A DNA stretch of 33,264 nucleotides, from positions 1 through 33,264 of the forward strand of contig JAFGMA010000148.1 of NCBI GenBank assembly GCA_016927835.1. The letters are read 5' to 3'. Under the pieces are notes generated by a model. The model was not told the origin of the DNA. It did no database searches and was given only the letters and a program-made list of their open reading frames with translations. Source of the stretch: Candidatus Zhuqueibacterota bacterium. Its GTDB lineage: Bacteria; Zhuqueibacterota; Zhuqueibacteria; Thermofontimicrobiales; Sulfurfontimicrobiaceae. A program made the position numbers and the translations under genes. Below, one piece after another: positions 9,490-18,422 of this stretch. How positions within the stretch are numbered: the first letter of the stretch is position 1; each line of letters starts with the position of its first letter.

Positions 9490-9708
9490 CTACTCGGTAG
9501 TCGGAATCGCGTTTTTTGAGGCAGGTTTCACAACTCTGCCACTTTTGATGCACTGAGTGCAGACGGTGATGCGCCGCGGGGACCCATTTACCAGCGCTTT
9601 CACTTTTTGCAAATTCGGCATAAAGCGGCGCTTGGTTACATTATGCGCATGGCTCACATGATTTCCGATGACCGGCTTCTTGCCACATATTTCACACATC
9701 TTTGACAT
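9490..9708 (-). CDS. rpmB: 50S ribosomal protein L28
   Basis: [34 protein letters not shown] is the classic L28 N-terminus, with the zinc Cys pairs. RBS ggagg is 8 nt upstream. The gene ends with TAG. Confidence 0.9.
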   Translation of the reverse strand: MSKMCEICGKKPVIGNHVSHAHNVTKRRFMPNLQKVKALVNGSPRRITVCTQCIKSGRVVKPASKNAIPTTE

Positions 9709-10052
9709 TGATTTAACCTCCGAAATTTATCATGGCTACCAATTTTAGTCTTTCACTGCGTGGGTGATCGATTTAATCAAGCTCGGTGTCGGGATCATCA
9801 CTATAAGCGAGCTATTGATTTCAGATACCCGGAAAACAGAGCGTTATGATACAAATTTTTTTTATAAAATGCAAGTGATAAATTCAGGTGCAGGAAATGT
9901 CTCAGTTATCGGTTCCTTTCATGATTTACAATGCATCCCGGATTCCCAAGCGGGAGTTTGGAAACCAGTTTCTGAAGGAAAACAGAGCTTTGTGGAAAAC
10001 AGATGCAAATGTGTAGACACCAAAAATTAATAAACACTTAATCAATAAGTTA

Positions 10053-10081
10053 TTGACTTTCTAAAATCAAATTTGTATATT
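10053..10081 (+). promoter_or_regulatory. Sigma70-like promoter for the corrinoid-protein gene
   Basis: TTGACT at 10053-10058, a 17-nt spacer, then TATATT at 10076-10081. A ~100-nt leader follows. The aaggagg RBS precedes the ATG at 10182. Confidence 0.45.
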
Positions 10082-10181
10082 TAAAAGTTTTTTAGCTCAG
10101 ATGAAATTCCATTTGCTTTGAAATTAAGCGCTATACAACGCATACGACTTAACCGCTTTATCAAACCCCAAGGAGGTTTTC

Positions 10182-10817
10182 ATGGATTTGCTCAAAGAAT
10201 TGGCCGACAACGTAATCAAAGGGCAGGCACCTAAGACTGAGGAATTGACACAGAAATTGCTGGATGACAAAGTTTCGCCAGCAGATATTTTAAATAAAGG
10301 TTTGGTTGCAGGCATGGATGTTGTGGGTACAAAATTTAAAAACAATGAATTTTATGTGCCAGAAGTACTGATAGCTGCCAGGGCGATGAAAGCCGGGATG
10401 AAGCTTTTGCGCCCTAAATTAGCAGAATCAGGTGTAGAACCTGTTGGCAAATTTGTCGTTGGTACAGTCAAAGGCGATCTGCACGATATCGGCAAAAATC
10501 TGGTTGCGATGATGATGGAAGGCGCGGGTTTTGAGGTGATCGATCTCGGTGTGGATGTGACGCCAGAAAATTTTGTCAATACCGCCAAAGAGAGAAAAGC
10601 CAGCGTAATTGGCATGTCGGCATTGCTGACAACAACCATGCTGAACATGAAAGCAACGATTGAAGAATTGAAGAAGCAGGGCTTAAACGATACGATAAAG
10701 GTCGTCATCGGTGGTGCACCGGTCACTCAAAATTATGCAGATGAAATCGGCGCTGATGGGTATGCACCTGACGCAGCATCCGCCGTTGCCGAAGTGAAAC
10801 GACTCATGAAAATATAA
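10182..10817 (+). CDS. Cobalamin-binding corrinoid protein (MtaC/MtbC/MttC methyltransferase-cognate family)
   Basis: An N-terminal B12-binding-2 helical cap (ILNKGLVAGMDVVGTKFKNNEFYVPEVLIAARAMKAGM) is followed by a Rossmann B12-binding domain. The DxHxxG motif is present (GDLHDIGKNLV), and GMSALLTTTM follows. No MttB/MtaB-type methyltransferase partner is in the window. Confidence 0.85.
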   Translation: MDLLKELADNVIKGQAPKTEELTQKLLDDKVSPADILNKGLVAGMDVVGTKFKNNEFYVPEVLIAARAMKAGMKLLRPKLAESGVEPVGKFVVGTVKGDLHDIGKNLVAMMMEGAGFEVIDLGVDVTPENFVNTAKERKASVIGMSALLTTTMLNMKATIEELKKQGLNDTIKVVIGGAPVTQNYADEIGADGYAPDAASAVAEVKRLMKI

Positions 10818-10948
10818 TTTTAAGCAACCTGTTGGATTAAAAGTGTTTATACCAATTCGATGAATTTTTAGTTCGATGTCCGCGATGCGTTTTCATTTGC
10901 TAGTGGCAATTGACTATTCCCATGTATTCTGTAATATAGGAGGTATTT

Positions 10949-12175
10949 ATGGGTAAATTAGCCGTAAATGGCGGTGTACCTGTGCGGTCTAATCCTTTTC
11001 CTAAATGGCCGATTTGGGATCAAGGCGAAATTGATGCACTTACCGAGGTGGTGAAGAGCGGCAAGTGGGGCAGCTTGCACGGTAATAAAGTGAGCGAATT
11101 TGAGCAAAAATATGCAGCAATGCATAACGCCAAACACGGCATCTGCATCAATAGCGGAACGCTCGGATTACGCATTGCGCTGATGGCTGCCGGAATTGGC
11201 GGTGAAAAAGAGGAAGTCATCGTACCCGCTTATACATTTATTGCCAGCGCAAGCGCTGTTATCGAAGCGAACGCCGTACCGGTATTTGTAGATATCGATA
11301 GCGATACGTATAACATTGATCCCGATAAAGTTGAGAAGGCTATTACGCCCCGGACGAAGGCGATCATGCCGGTGCATTTCGGTGGCCGACCCGCAGATAT
11401 GGATCGCATCATGGAAATTGCGAAGAAACACAATCTGATCGTAATTGAAGATGCAGCTCAAGCCTGGGGTTCTTCCTGGAAAGGAACCGGTGTGGGCGCG
11501 ATCGGCGATGCCGGTGCATTCAGCTTCCAATCTTCCAAAAATATCACCAGCGCCGAAGGCGGTATCATTTTAACCAATGATGATGAACTGGCTAAATTTG
11601 CCCGGGCACATTCAAATTGCGGACGCAGCGCAGACGGTCAATGGTATGAACATTATTATTGGGGAACCAATGTGCGGTTGACCGAATTTCAAGGGGCAGT
11701 TCTGCTGGCACAACTGGCGCGGTATCCTGAGTTGCTCAAACGCCGGCAGAAGAATGCGGCTTACCTGAACAAGCATCTGAAGGCGATTGGCGGTACAGAA
11801 CCATTAAAGGATGACACGCGGATCACGAGCAATTCGGTGCACATTTACATCTGGCGTTATAAAAAGGAACAGTTTAACAATGCACCGCGAACAAGGTTCC
11901 TCGAAGCGCTCAAAGCTGAAATCCAGCAGGTCAGTCCCGGATATTCGATCCCGCTGTATCAGCAACCCGTATTCAAACAAAAAGCATTTGGTCCGAAAGG
12001 CAAAAAGATCGATATTGCCGTTGATTATTCAGCATATCATCTGCACGAATGTGAAAAGGCGTGTTTCGAAGAATGTGTCTGGTTCAACCAGAATATGATG
12101 CTCGGAACTGAAAAAGATATGAGTGATATTGTCGAAGCGCTGAATAAGTTAAAAAAACATGCGGATGAATTATAA
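10949..12175 (+). CDS. DegT/DnrJ/EryC1/StrS-family PLP-dependent (amino)sugar aminotransferase
   Basis: LAVNGGVPVR..PFPKWP N-terminus. The PLP lysine lies in FSFQSSKNITSAEGG, and IIEDAAQAWGS is present. A strong RBS aggagg is 5 nt upstream. Confidence 0.85.
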   Translation: MGKLAVNGGVPVRSNPFPKWPIWDQGEIDALTEVVKSGKWGSLHGNKVSEFEQKYAAMHNAKHGICINSGTLGLRIALMAAGIGGEKEEVIVPAYTFIASASAVIEANAVPVFVDIDSDTYNIDPDKVEKAITPRTKAIMPVHFGGRPADMDRIMEIAKKHNLIVIEDAAQAWGSSWKGTGVGAIGDAGAFSFQSSKNITSAEGGIILTNDDELAKFARAHSNCGRSADGQWYEHYYWGTNVRLTEFQGAVLLAQLARYPELLKRRQKNAAYLNKHLKAIGGTEPLKDDTRITSNSVHIYIWRYKKEQFNNAPRTRFLEALKAEIQQVSPGYSIPLYQQPVFKQKAFGPKGKKIDIAVDYSAYHLHECEKACFEECVWFNQNMMLGTEKDMSDIVEALNKLKKHADEL

Positions 12176-12186
12176 AAATGAAACTC

Positions 12187-12216
12187 AAAGCCTTCCTTCA
12201 CGGAAGGCTTTTTTTA
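12187..12216 (+). terminator. Intrinsic terminator-like hairpin directly after the aminotransferase gene and abutting the next start codon
   Basis: A 10-bp stem aaagccttcc / ggaaggcttt with loop ttcac, then a T7 run. The ORF track's extended start at 12178 of the next gene reads through this hairpin, so that start is not real. Confidence 0.6.
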
Positions 12217-12222
12217 TGGGGA

Positions 12223-12930
12223 ATGCACATGAATATTTTAGCTGTCGGCGCCCATCCGGATGATCTTGAAATTTTATGTGGCGGTACTCTCATTCGCTAT
12301 CATATAGAAGGGCATTCGATCACAATGGGATCGGTTTGCAATGGCAATAAAGGACATCGCACCCTGCCCGGGGATAAGCTGGCAAAAATCCGGCTGGCTG
12401 AGGCTCAAAATTCTGCCCGTATCATTCATGCGCAACACTTCTGCCTGAATATCCCGGATTGCGAAGTTTATGTCAACCGGGAAGCGATGGAAAAAGTGCT
12501 TAATCTCATCCGCCAGGCAAAACCGGATATCATCATCACCCACTCCCCGAATGATTATATGCCCGATCACCGCGTGGTCAGCGAACTGGTTTTTCAGGCG
12601 AGTTTTCACGCAACGCTCCCGTTGTACAATGCAGAACAGCCGCCGCATGACAAAATTACACCGGTTCTTTATATGGATACACTCGCCGGCGTCGATTTCA
12701 ATCCGACAATGTATGTCGACATTACAGATGTGTTCGAGCAGAAATTAGCGATGCTGCGCTGCCATAAAAGCCAACGCGATTGGCTCGATGATCACGATGC
12801 TATCGATATGGATGAATTTATGACAGCAGTCGCCCGTTTCAGGGGATTGCAGTGCAGTAAGAAATATGCGGAAGGATTCCGGAGTCTTGACGTCTGGGGC
12901 AGGAACAGGACTCAACGCTTGCTGCCGTAG
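12223..12930 (+). CDS. PIG-L / LmbE-family N-acetylglucosaminyl deacetylase
   Basis: MHMNILAVGAHPDDLEILCGGTL carries the AHPDDxE zinc motif. HSPNDYMPDHR is also present. The first in-frame ATGs after the terminator are at 12223 and 12229. Confidence 0.8.
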   Translation: MHMNILAVGAHPDDLEILCGGTLIRYHIEGHSITMGSVCNGNKGHRTLPGDKLAKIRLAEAQNSARIIHAQHFCLNIPDCEVYVNREAMEKVLNLIRQAKPDIIITHSPNDYMPDHRVVSELVFQASFHATLPLYNAEQPPHDKITPVLYMDTLAGVDFNPTMYVDITDVFEQKLAMLRCHKSQRDWLDDHDAIDMDEFMTAVARFRGLQCSKKYAEGFRSLDVWGRNRTQRLLP

Positions 12931-12966
12931 CGCGTGAATTTTTTCTTTTACCTGAATAGAGCGGTT

Positions 12967-14280
12967 TCACGCATTCGGCAGAGGATCTGTCAATTCTCGC
13001 TCGCGTTGTTTTTGAGTGGGTGTGATTGGTCCCTGCAGCAGCGGATCTTCAGTTTTTTCCATCCATTCATCCACCAAACGCCGCAATTCCTTGACAACTA
13101 TTGTGGTATCAGGCTCTTCAATCAAATTGTTCATCTCCCACGGATCGCGCGCAAGATCGTAAACTTCCTCTGCCGGACGCCGCTGCGCATAAAATTGATC
13201 GCGTACCGCGATTCCGGCGCTGCCTTTAAAAATATCAGCCGGAATATAAACCAGCGGGCGATCGCCAAAATTCCGAATATATTTGTACCTTTCAGTTCGA
13301 ACTGCGCGCATGGGATTATAGCGATCGTGCCAGCTCATTTCGCAAAAAATATGGGTGCGAGCGGTAAACGATTGCCGATTGAGCAGCGGCAAAAAGCTTC
13401 TGCCCTCAATCGTCCCGGGAATCGTTCCCCCAGCAAATTCCACCAGGGTGGGCAAAAAATCTACATTGCTGATCAACTCCCTGTAAACCATTCCTCCTTC
13501 GAAGCGCTGCGGAAGATGCATGAGAAGCGCAATCCTGATTCCCGGATCATAACACGTACCTTTCGCGCGCGGCATGGCGATACCGTGATCCGTGGTGAAG
13601 ATCACCAGCGTATTTTCCCTGAGCTGCAACTCATCCAGTGCATGCAGCAATCGACCAACCGATTCATCGACGCGGTGGATCAAGCCATTTAAGCCGGCGA
13701 TGTCTTTCCTGATTTCCGGCACATCGGGCAGATAGGGCAGCGGTTGCACCGTCCTCCAATCATCGATGGCATATTCCGATGCGTCGTGCGGATAAGGTCG
13801 ATGCGGCTCTTCGAATCCGAGCGAAATGAAGAACGGTCGCTGGTCAGCGGATTTTTGATTCGAAATTTCCTTAAGCCAGTGGATTGCGCCATCGGTGGCA
13901 GCTTTTGCGTTCCTTCCGCAAGTGTGCACCACATTGTATCCCAGGGTTTCGGCATGTGCCGATTCGTGCTGGACGCCGAATAAATGCGTTTCGTACCCGG
14001 CATCCCCCAGGTAGGTGGGAAGCTTTTTCACATCAGAATCAATTTCCCAGCCAATATGGGCTAATCCCATCAGTCCGTTTGCATGCGGTGATTTACCGGT
14101 CATCACGCTGCCCCGGCTGGGTGAGCATTGCGCGGCGCTGCAAAAGCAATTTTCGAATTTTACCCCGGCGCGTGAAAGCGCATCCAGGTTTGGCGTCGAA
14201 ATCCCCGCCTGATAGCATCCGAGTTGTTGACCCAGATCATGGCAGATGATGAAGATAATATTCGGCTGGTGGCTTGGCAT
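12967..14280 (-). CDS. Sulfatase (Cys-type), apparently cytoplasmic
   Basis: MPSHQPNIIFIICHDLG, with the CSPSR signature (AAQCSPSRGSVMTG). TDHG metal site. RBS aaagga is 7 nt upstream. No signal peptide. Confidence 0.85.
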   Translation of the reverse strand: MPSHQPNIIFIICHDLGQQLGCYQAGISTPNLDALSRAGVKFENCFCSAAQCSPSRGSVMTGKSPHANGLMGLAHIGWEIDSDVKKLPTYLGDAGYETHLFGVQHESAHAETLGYNVVHTCGRNAKAATDGAIHWLKEISNQKSADQRPFFISLGFEEPHRPYPHDASEYAIDDWRTVQPLPYLPDVPEIRKDIAGLNGLIHRVDESVGRLLHALDELQLRENTLVIFTTDHGIAMPRAKGTCYDPGIRIALLMHLPQRFEGGMVYRELISNVDFLPTLVEFAGGTIPGTIEGRSFLPLLNRQSFTARTHIFCEMSWHDRYNPMRAVRTERYKYIRNFGDRPLVYIPADIFKGSAGIAVRDQFYAQRRPAEEVYDLARDPWEMNNLIEEPDTTIVVKELRRLVDEWMEKTEDPLLQGPITPTQKQRERELTDPLPNA

Positions 14281-14812
14281 CTGTTTTTCCTTTCTGGTTC
14301 AGTTTTCTTTTAATTTATACTTCACAGGTATTCTGTTTTGGATTGCGAACAGTCATTCCTTCTATAATCCGGCAATTTACTATTGCAGATCAGGACTAAA
14401 AATTGTCATGTATCAAAAATTTGCCAGTGGATATACTTATTTTGGGTTGTTTTGTAACTTTATATCGTGAGCTTGTCGTTCTGGAAGAATCTTTTATCGT
14501 TAAATAACATGTAAAAACTTAACATCCTATTCCGAAATATAACAGATTCCTCCTGAATGACAACAGAAGTGTTACATTTTAATCCGTGATGAGTATAAAT
14601 CGCCTTGCATGTTTGAATCAAACCTTTCGTGTTTTCCCGCACAAAACATCATGTTGACTCGCTTGCACGTTAAGAAAATTTGGCGATAAATTCAAGCAGA
14701 ATTTCAGCGAATGGAAAAAATCATTGATATTCAGCGCATTTTTTCTTATGTTAGGGAATTTCAATCTTGCACATATACATGTTTCGCCTTAAATACATAA
14801 GGAGACTTTCTT

Positions 14813-16291
14813 TTGGAAATAAAATCTGGAGAGGAATCCGTGGTACGCGTTCGAATCGCGCCGAGTCCCACCGGCGATCCTCATGTCGGGACGGCGTATA
14901 TCGCGCTATTCAATTATGCATTCGCAAAAAAAAATAATGGCAAATTTGTGCTGAGGATTGAAGATACTGATCAGGCACGTTCCCGAAAAGAATCGGAAAC
15001 GATGATCATGGAATCGCTGAAATGGCTAAACATCCAGTGGGATGAGGGACCGGATATCGGTGGTTCGCATGGACCGTATCGTCAATCCGAACGCAGCGAA
15101 ATCTATCGCGAGCATGCCCGGATATTGTTGGAAAATGGCAGCGCCTATCGCTGTTTTTGCACCAAAGAACGGCTGGAAAAAATGCGCGAGGAGCAAAAAA
15201 AGAGCAAGCAGTTTTCGGGGTACGACGGATTTTGCCGCAATCTTCCGAAAGAAACGATAGACCAATATCTTTCGGAAAACCGCCCTTACGTTATACGCAT
15301 CAAACTTCCGCAACAGGATACAATCTCATTCCGCGACGAGCTTCGGGGTCAGGTTGAATTCGATTGTTCGACGCTGAATGATCAGATATTGATGAAAGCC
15401 GATGGGTACCCCACGTATCATCTGGCGAATGTAGTGGATGATCATCTGATGAAAATCAGTCATGTCATTCGCGCCGAGGAGTGGATTTCATCAACGCCGA
15501 TTCATATTCTGCTGTACAAAGCTTATGGGTGGCAGCCTGCGAAATTCATTCACATGCCGCTTTTGAGGAATGCGGACAAAAGCAAGATCAGCAAACGCAA
15601 AAATCCGGTGTCGCTGCGATACTATGAGCGCCAGGGATTTTTACCTGAGGCACTCATCAATTTTTTGGCGCTCCAGGGTTGGTCGCTGCCCACTGGCGAA
15701 GAAATTTTTTCAATCGATGAAATGATCAAGCATTTTACACTGGATCGCATCAGCCTGGGCGGACCTGTTTTCGATCTGACGAAACTGATTCGCTTCAACG
15801 GGATTTATATGCGAAATTTATCCGCGGATGATCTGGCGAAGCGCATCACCGAAGCGGTCATCAAACAGAAACTGGCGCAACTTCAGGATCAAGGCTACCT
15901 GATGACTATTTTGCCATTGATTAAAGATAGGCTCAGATTGCTCAGCGAGTTCGATGCCAGAACGCATTTTCTCTATTCCGGCGCGCTCACGTATTCTGCG
16001 CGTGATCTCATCCTGAAGGGCAAAAATCTGAATCAAACGAAAAATATGCTGAATAAAGCACTGGAAATGTATGATGCCATTGCTGATTGGAAGCCCGGAA
16101 ACCTGGATTCCGAAACGCGCCAATTCAGCGAAATTGTGAAATGGGCAACCAAAGACCTGTTTATGGTTTTGCGCATCATCGTTACCGGATCAACCGAATC
16201 GCCGCCGCTTTTCGAGTCCATGACCGTACTCGGAAAAACGGAGTGCCTCAATCGCCTTCAGGATGCGATAGCAACGTTACAACTTGAATAA
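14813..16291 (+). CDS. gltX: Glutamyl-tRNA synthetase
   Basis: The HIGH motif is RIAPSPTGDPHVGTA and the KMSKS motif is KISKRK. TTG start at 14813 with RBS aaggag 8 nt upstream. An alternative GTG at 14840 has RBS ggagagg. Confidence 0.9.
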   Translation: MEIKSGEESVVRVRIAPSPTGDPHVGTAYIALFNYAFAKKNNGKFVLRIEDTDQARSRKESETMIMESLKWLNIQWDEGPDIGGSHGPYRQSERSEIYREHARILLENGSAYRCFCTKERLEKMREEQKKSKQFSGYDGFCRNLPKETIDQYLSENRPYVIRIKLPQQDTISFRDELRGQVEFDCSTLNDQILMKADGYPTYHLANVVDDHLMKISHVIRAEEWISSTPIHILLYKAYGWQPAKFIHMPLLRNADKSKISKRKNPVSLRYYERQGFLPEALINFLALQGWSLPTGEEIFSIDEMIKHFTLDRISLGGPVFDLTKLIRFNGIYMRNLSADDLAKRITEAVIKQKLAQLQDQGYLMTILPLIKDRLRLLSEFDARTHFLYSGALTYSARDLILKGKNLNQTKNMLNKALEMYDAIADWKPGNLDSETRQFSEIVKWATKDLFMVLRIIVTGSTESPPLFESMTVLGKTECLNRLQDAIATLQLE

Positions 16292-16581
16292 AATCTTGCC
16301 ATTTATCCAGCGGCTATCCTTTCACCTACCCAAGCCTTTATTTTCAGAATTCTGTTATCCGATCAATCTCCCTTCGAAACGCGCGAACCGGGACGAGAAT
16401 GCCTGTCATCAAGCTCAATCAAAAATTAGCCTAAAGCTCATTTTAAGTTAAAAGCTTTTAACCTCTACGTTAATCCATTCAGTTATTTTTTTCTTCGCTA
16501 GTTTTTTAAGCACATCCCTCCTGGCAAACATTTTCCGGTAATTCATCCTCTTTTATTTTTCGGTAATATATTCCATTTCTC

Positions 16582-16610
16582 TTGACAAATATTCTTTATA
16601 TTACTAAATT
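16582..16610 (+). promoter_or_regulatory. Sigma70-like promoter for the OmpA-family gene
   Basis: TTGACA at 16582-16587, a 17-nt spacer, then TAAATT at 16605-16610, within a very AT-rich 390-nt intergenic region. Confidence 0.4.
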
Positions 16611-16701
16611 TATTGCGACTAATGTTTTGTTTATTATACTATTTTATTTTATTAAAAACGTAACCAATTAATTTTATTACTGCTTAATGAAAGGATTCAA
16701 T

Positions 16702-18119
16702 ATGATCTACAGGAAATGCAGGTATATCGTGTGTTATTTGAGTATATGTCTCATAATTGTTCCGGAAGCTTTTGCCAATCCCGAATACAATGTTTCAAGG
16801 TTCGGACTGGCGCTGTATGGTTCCGGTGTTAAAATGGTACTCGGCAGAAAAGACGACTCGACAATAGAGCAATGGGTCGGCGTGCAGGGGCGTTACGTAT
16901 TCAATCCCTACATAGCATTCGGTTTGACAACAGCGTTTGGTTGGGTCTACGCACGCAGTGAAAATGGCTCCCAATTCTCTGCCAGCGGAGATTTCAAAAC
17001 ATTCTTAATCCCGATTGAATTTTCTTCCCGATGTTACATGGTAAAACATGCGCGCATCATACCATATATCGATCTGGGCGTGGGCGCAACCAATTGGGAT
17101 GTGCGCAGAATGTCCAATGATGATGATTCATTTATGGCGCGGGGCGTGAGTGTATCACATTCGAAATTTTCACCGACATTCCTCACCAGAATCGGTTTCG
17201 AAACATTTGTCACCAATTCAGTCGCTTTCGATATGGGCATCAATTATCATCATTTGTTGAAAGGCGACGATGATACAATTGGCACTGGCGATGACAACCG
17301 GGGAATCGCGGAGATGAAGGTCGGTTTCAGTTTTTACTTCGGTGGTTATAAAGATACCGACAAAGACGGGATCGAAGACCGGCTGGATAAAAATCCGCTT
17401 GCACCGGAGGACTATGATGGCTTCAATGATGACGACGGAATTCCGGATTTGGATAACGATAATGACGGCATCGTCGATGCCAAAGACAAAAGCCCGAATA
17501 CGCCGGAGGATTTTGACGGTTTCCAGGATGATGACGGAATCCCTGATCCGGATAATGACAAAGACGGCATTCCCGATTCGGAGGATTCATGCCCCGATGT
17601 TGCCGAGGATATTGATGGCTTTCAGGATGAAAACGGATGCCCGGATTTGGATAACGATAACGATGGCATCCCTGACAAGGAAGATGCATGTCCCGATTAG
17701 CCCGAAACAGTCAACAACTACCAGGATGAAGATGGTTGCCCCGATAAAGAGCCTGAACCCGAACACCTGGCTGTGGAAATCGAAAAAGAAGTGCCCGCGA
17801 TTCTGAAGGGGATAGAATTCAAATCCGGAAGCTTTGAATTGACGCCAGAGTCAACTGAAACATTAGGGGATTTATATGACGTATTGCGAAAAAATCCCGA
17901 CATCGTTATCGAGATTCGCGGATACACCGATGATGTTGGTGAAGCCGTAGCAAATCTCAGGCTGTCACAGCATCGGGCGGATGCTGTGCGGAATTTCCTG
18001 ATCCTACGCGGAATCGCCAGCGCGCAATCGGACGCGGCGAAGCTGATCCCATTGCATCCAATGCCACGCCAGAAGGGCGCAAACAAAACCGCAGGATTGA
18101 ATTCGTTCGCATCAAATAA
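16702..18119 (+). pseudogene. OmpA-family outer-membrane protein with thrombospondin type-3 (Asp-rich Ca-binding) repeats, disrupted by an in-frame TAG and a -1 frameshift
   Basis: Signal peptide MIYRKCRYIVCYLSICLIIVPEAFA after RBS aaagga. An N-terminal beta-rich domain is followed by six or more DxDxDGIPDxxD / CPD repeats. TAG at 17698-17700 falls inside a repeat (ACPD*PETVNNYQDEDGCPD). The same frame continues into the OmpA C-domain (IEIRGYTDDVGEAVANLRLSQHRADAVRNFLILRGIASAQ). The canonical end (IGRGEADPIASNATPEGRKQNRRIEFVRIK-stop at 18119) is in the -1 frame from about 18026. The annotated frame instead reads through a terminator hairpin into nonsense. Confidence 0.6.
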
Positions 18120-18123
18120 AGAA

Positions 18124-18160
18124 AGAAATCCCTGCAAGAGCATTTGCAGGGATTTCTTAA
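18124..18160 (+). terminator. Perfect 13-bp hairpin immediately after the true OmpA-family stop
   Basis: Stem gaaatccctgcaa / ttgcagggatttc with loop gagcat. The downstream T-tract is weak (ttaaatcgcttt). Confidence 0.5.
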
Positions 18161-18255
18161 ATCGCTTTCGCCAGCGATGTCCTCCTTTCAATACAGCCGA
18201 GGTTGAAGGCTTAGTGCTTTGTTTCATAAATAAGGTGACGAAGCTAAAGATATTA

Positions 18256-18322
18256 GACAGGATAACAGGATGGACAAGATAAAGAACATCCTGTTTATCG
18301 TGTAAATCCTGTCTAAAATTTT
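18256..18322. terminator. Nested imperfect hairpin between convergent genes (candidate bidirectional terminator)
   Basis: Outer stem gacaggat / atcctgtc and inner stem acaggatg / catcctgt, followed by taaaatttt. It lies between the OmpA-family 3' end and the TPR gene 3' end at 18423. Confidence 0.3.
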
Positions 18323-18422
18323 ATGTCACCATAAATATGAAATTAGATACTCAGGTTTTCATGCCCGAGTGCCTTCGCAGGTGTTTTGCTAAAAGGCTTA
18401 TCAGAATCCTCAGTTTAAACTT

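Noticed and set aside
9764-10030. 88-aa ORF between rpmB and the corrinoid-gene promoter
   Set aside because: No convincing RBS and no recognisable fold or motif. It is likely non-coding promoter space for the divergent genes, though a small protein cannot be excluded.
10082-10181. Cobalamin riboswitch in the leader of the corrinoid-protein gene
   Set aside because: The leader is only ~100 nt and has no B12-box-like sequence.
10898-10948. Promoter TTGACT-16-TAATAT in front of the DegT aminotransferase
   Set aside because: The -10 (10932-10937) abuts the RBS taggagg (10937-10943), so the transcript would start after the RBS. This is probably chance in AT-rich DNA; co-transcription from the corrinoid-gene promoter is more likely.
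12934-13692. 252-aa + strand ORF, plus 13689-14003 (-), 13884-14249 (+) and others
   Set aside because: They lie entirely inside the well-supported minus-strand sulfatase gene. They have no RBS and a low-complexity, Arg/Ser-rich translation. These are shadow ORFs.
17698-17700. In-frame TAG as pyrrolysine/amber recoding (prompted by the nearby MttC-like corrinoid protein)
   Set aside because: TAG terminates conserved genes here (rpmB at 9490-9492, lysY at 28138-28140, the PIG-L gene). No MttB, pylT or pylS are present, and the same gene also has a frameshift. A pseudogene or an error is far more likely.
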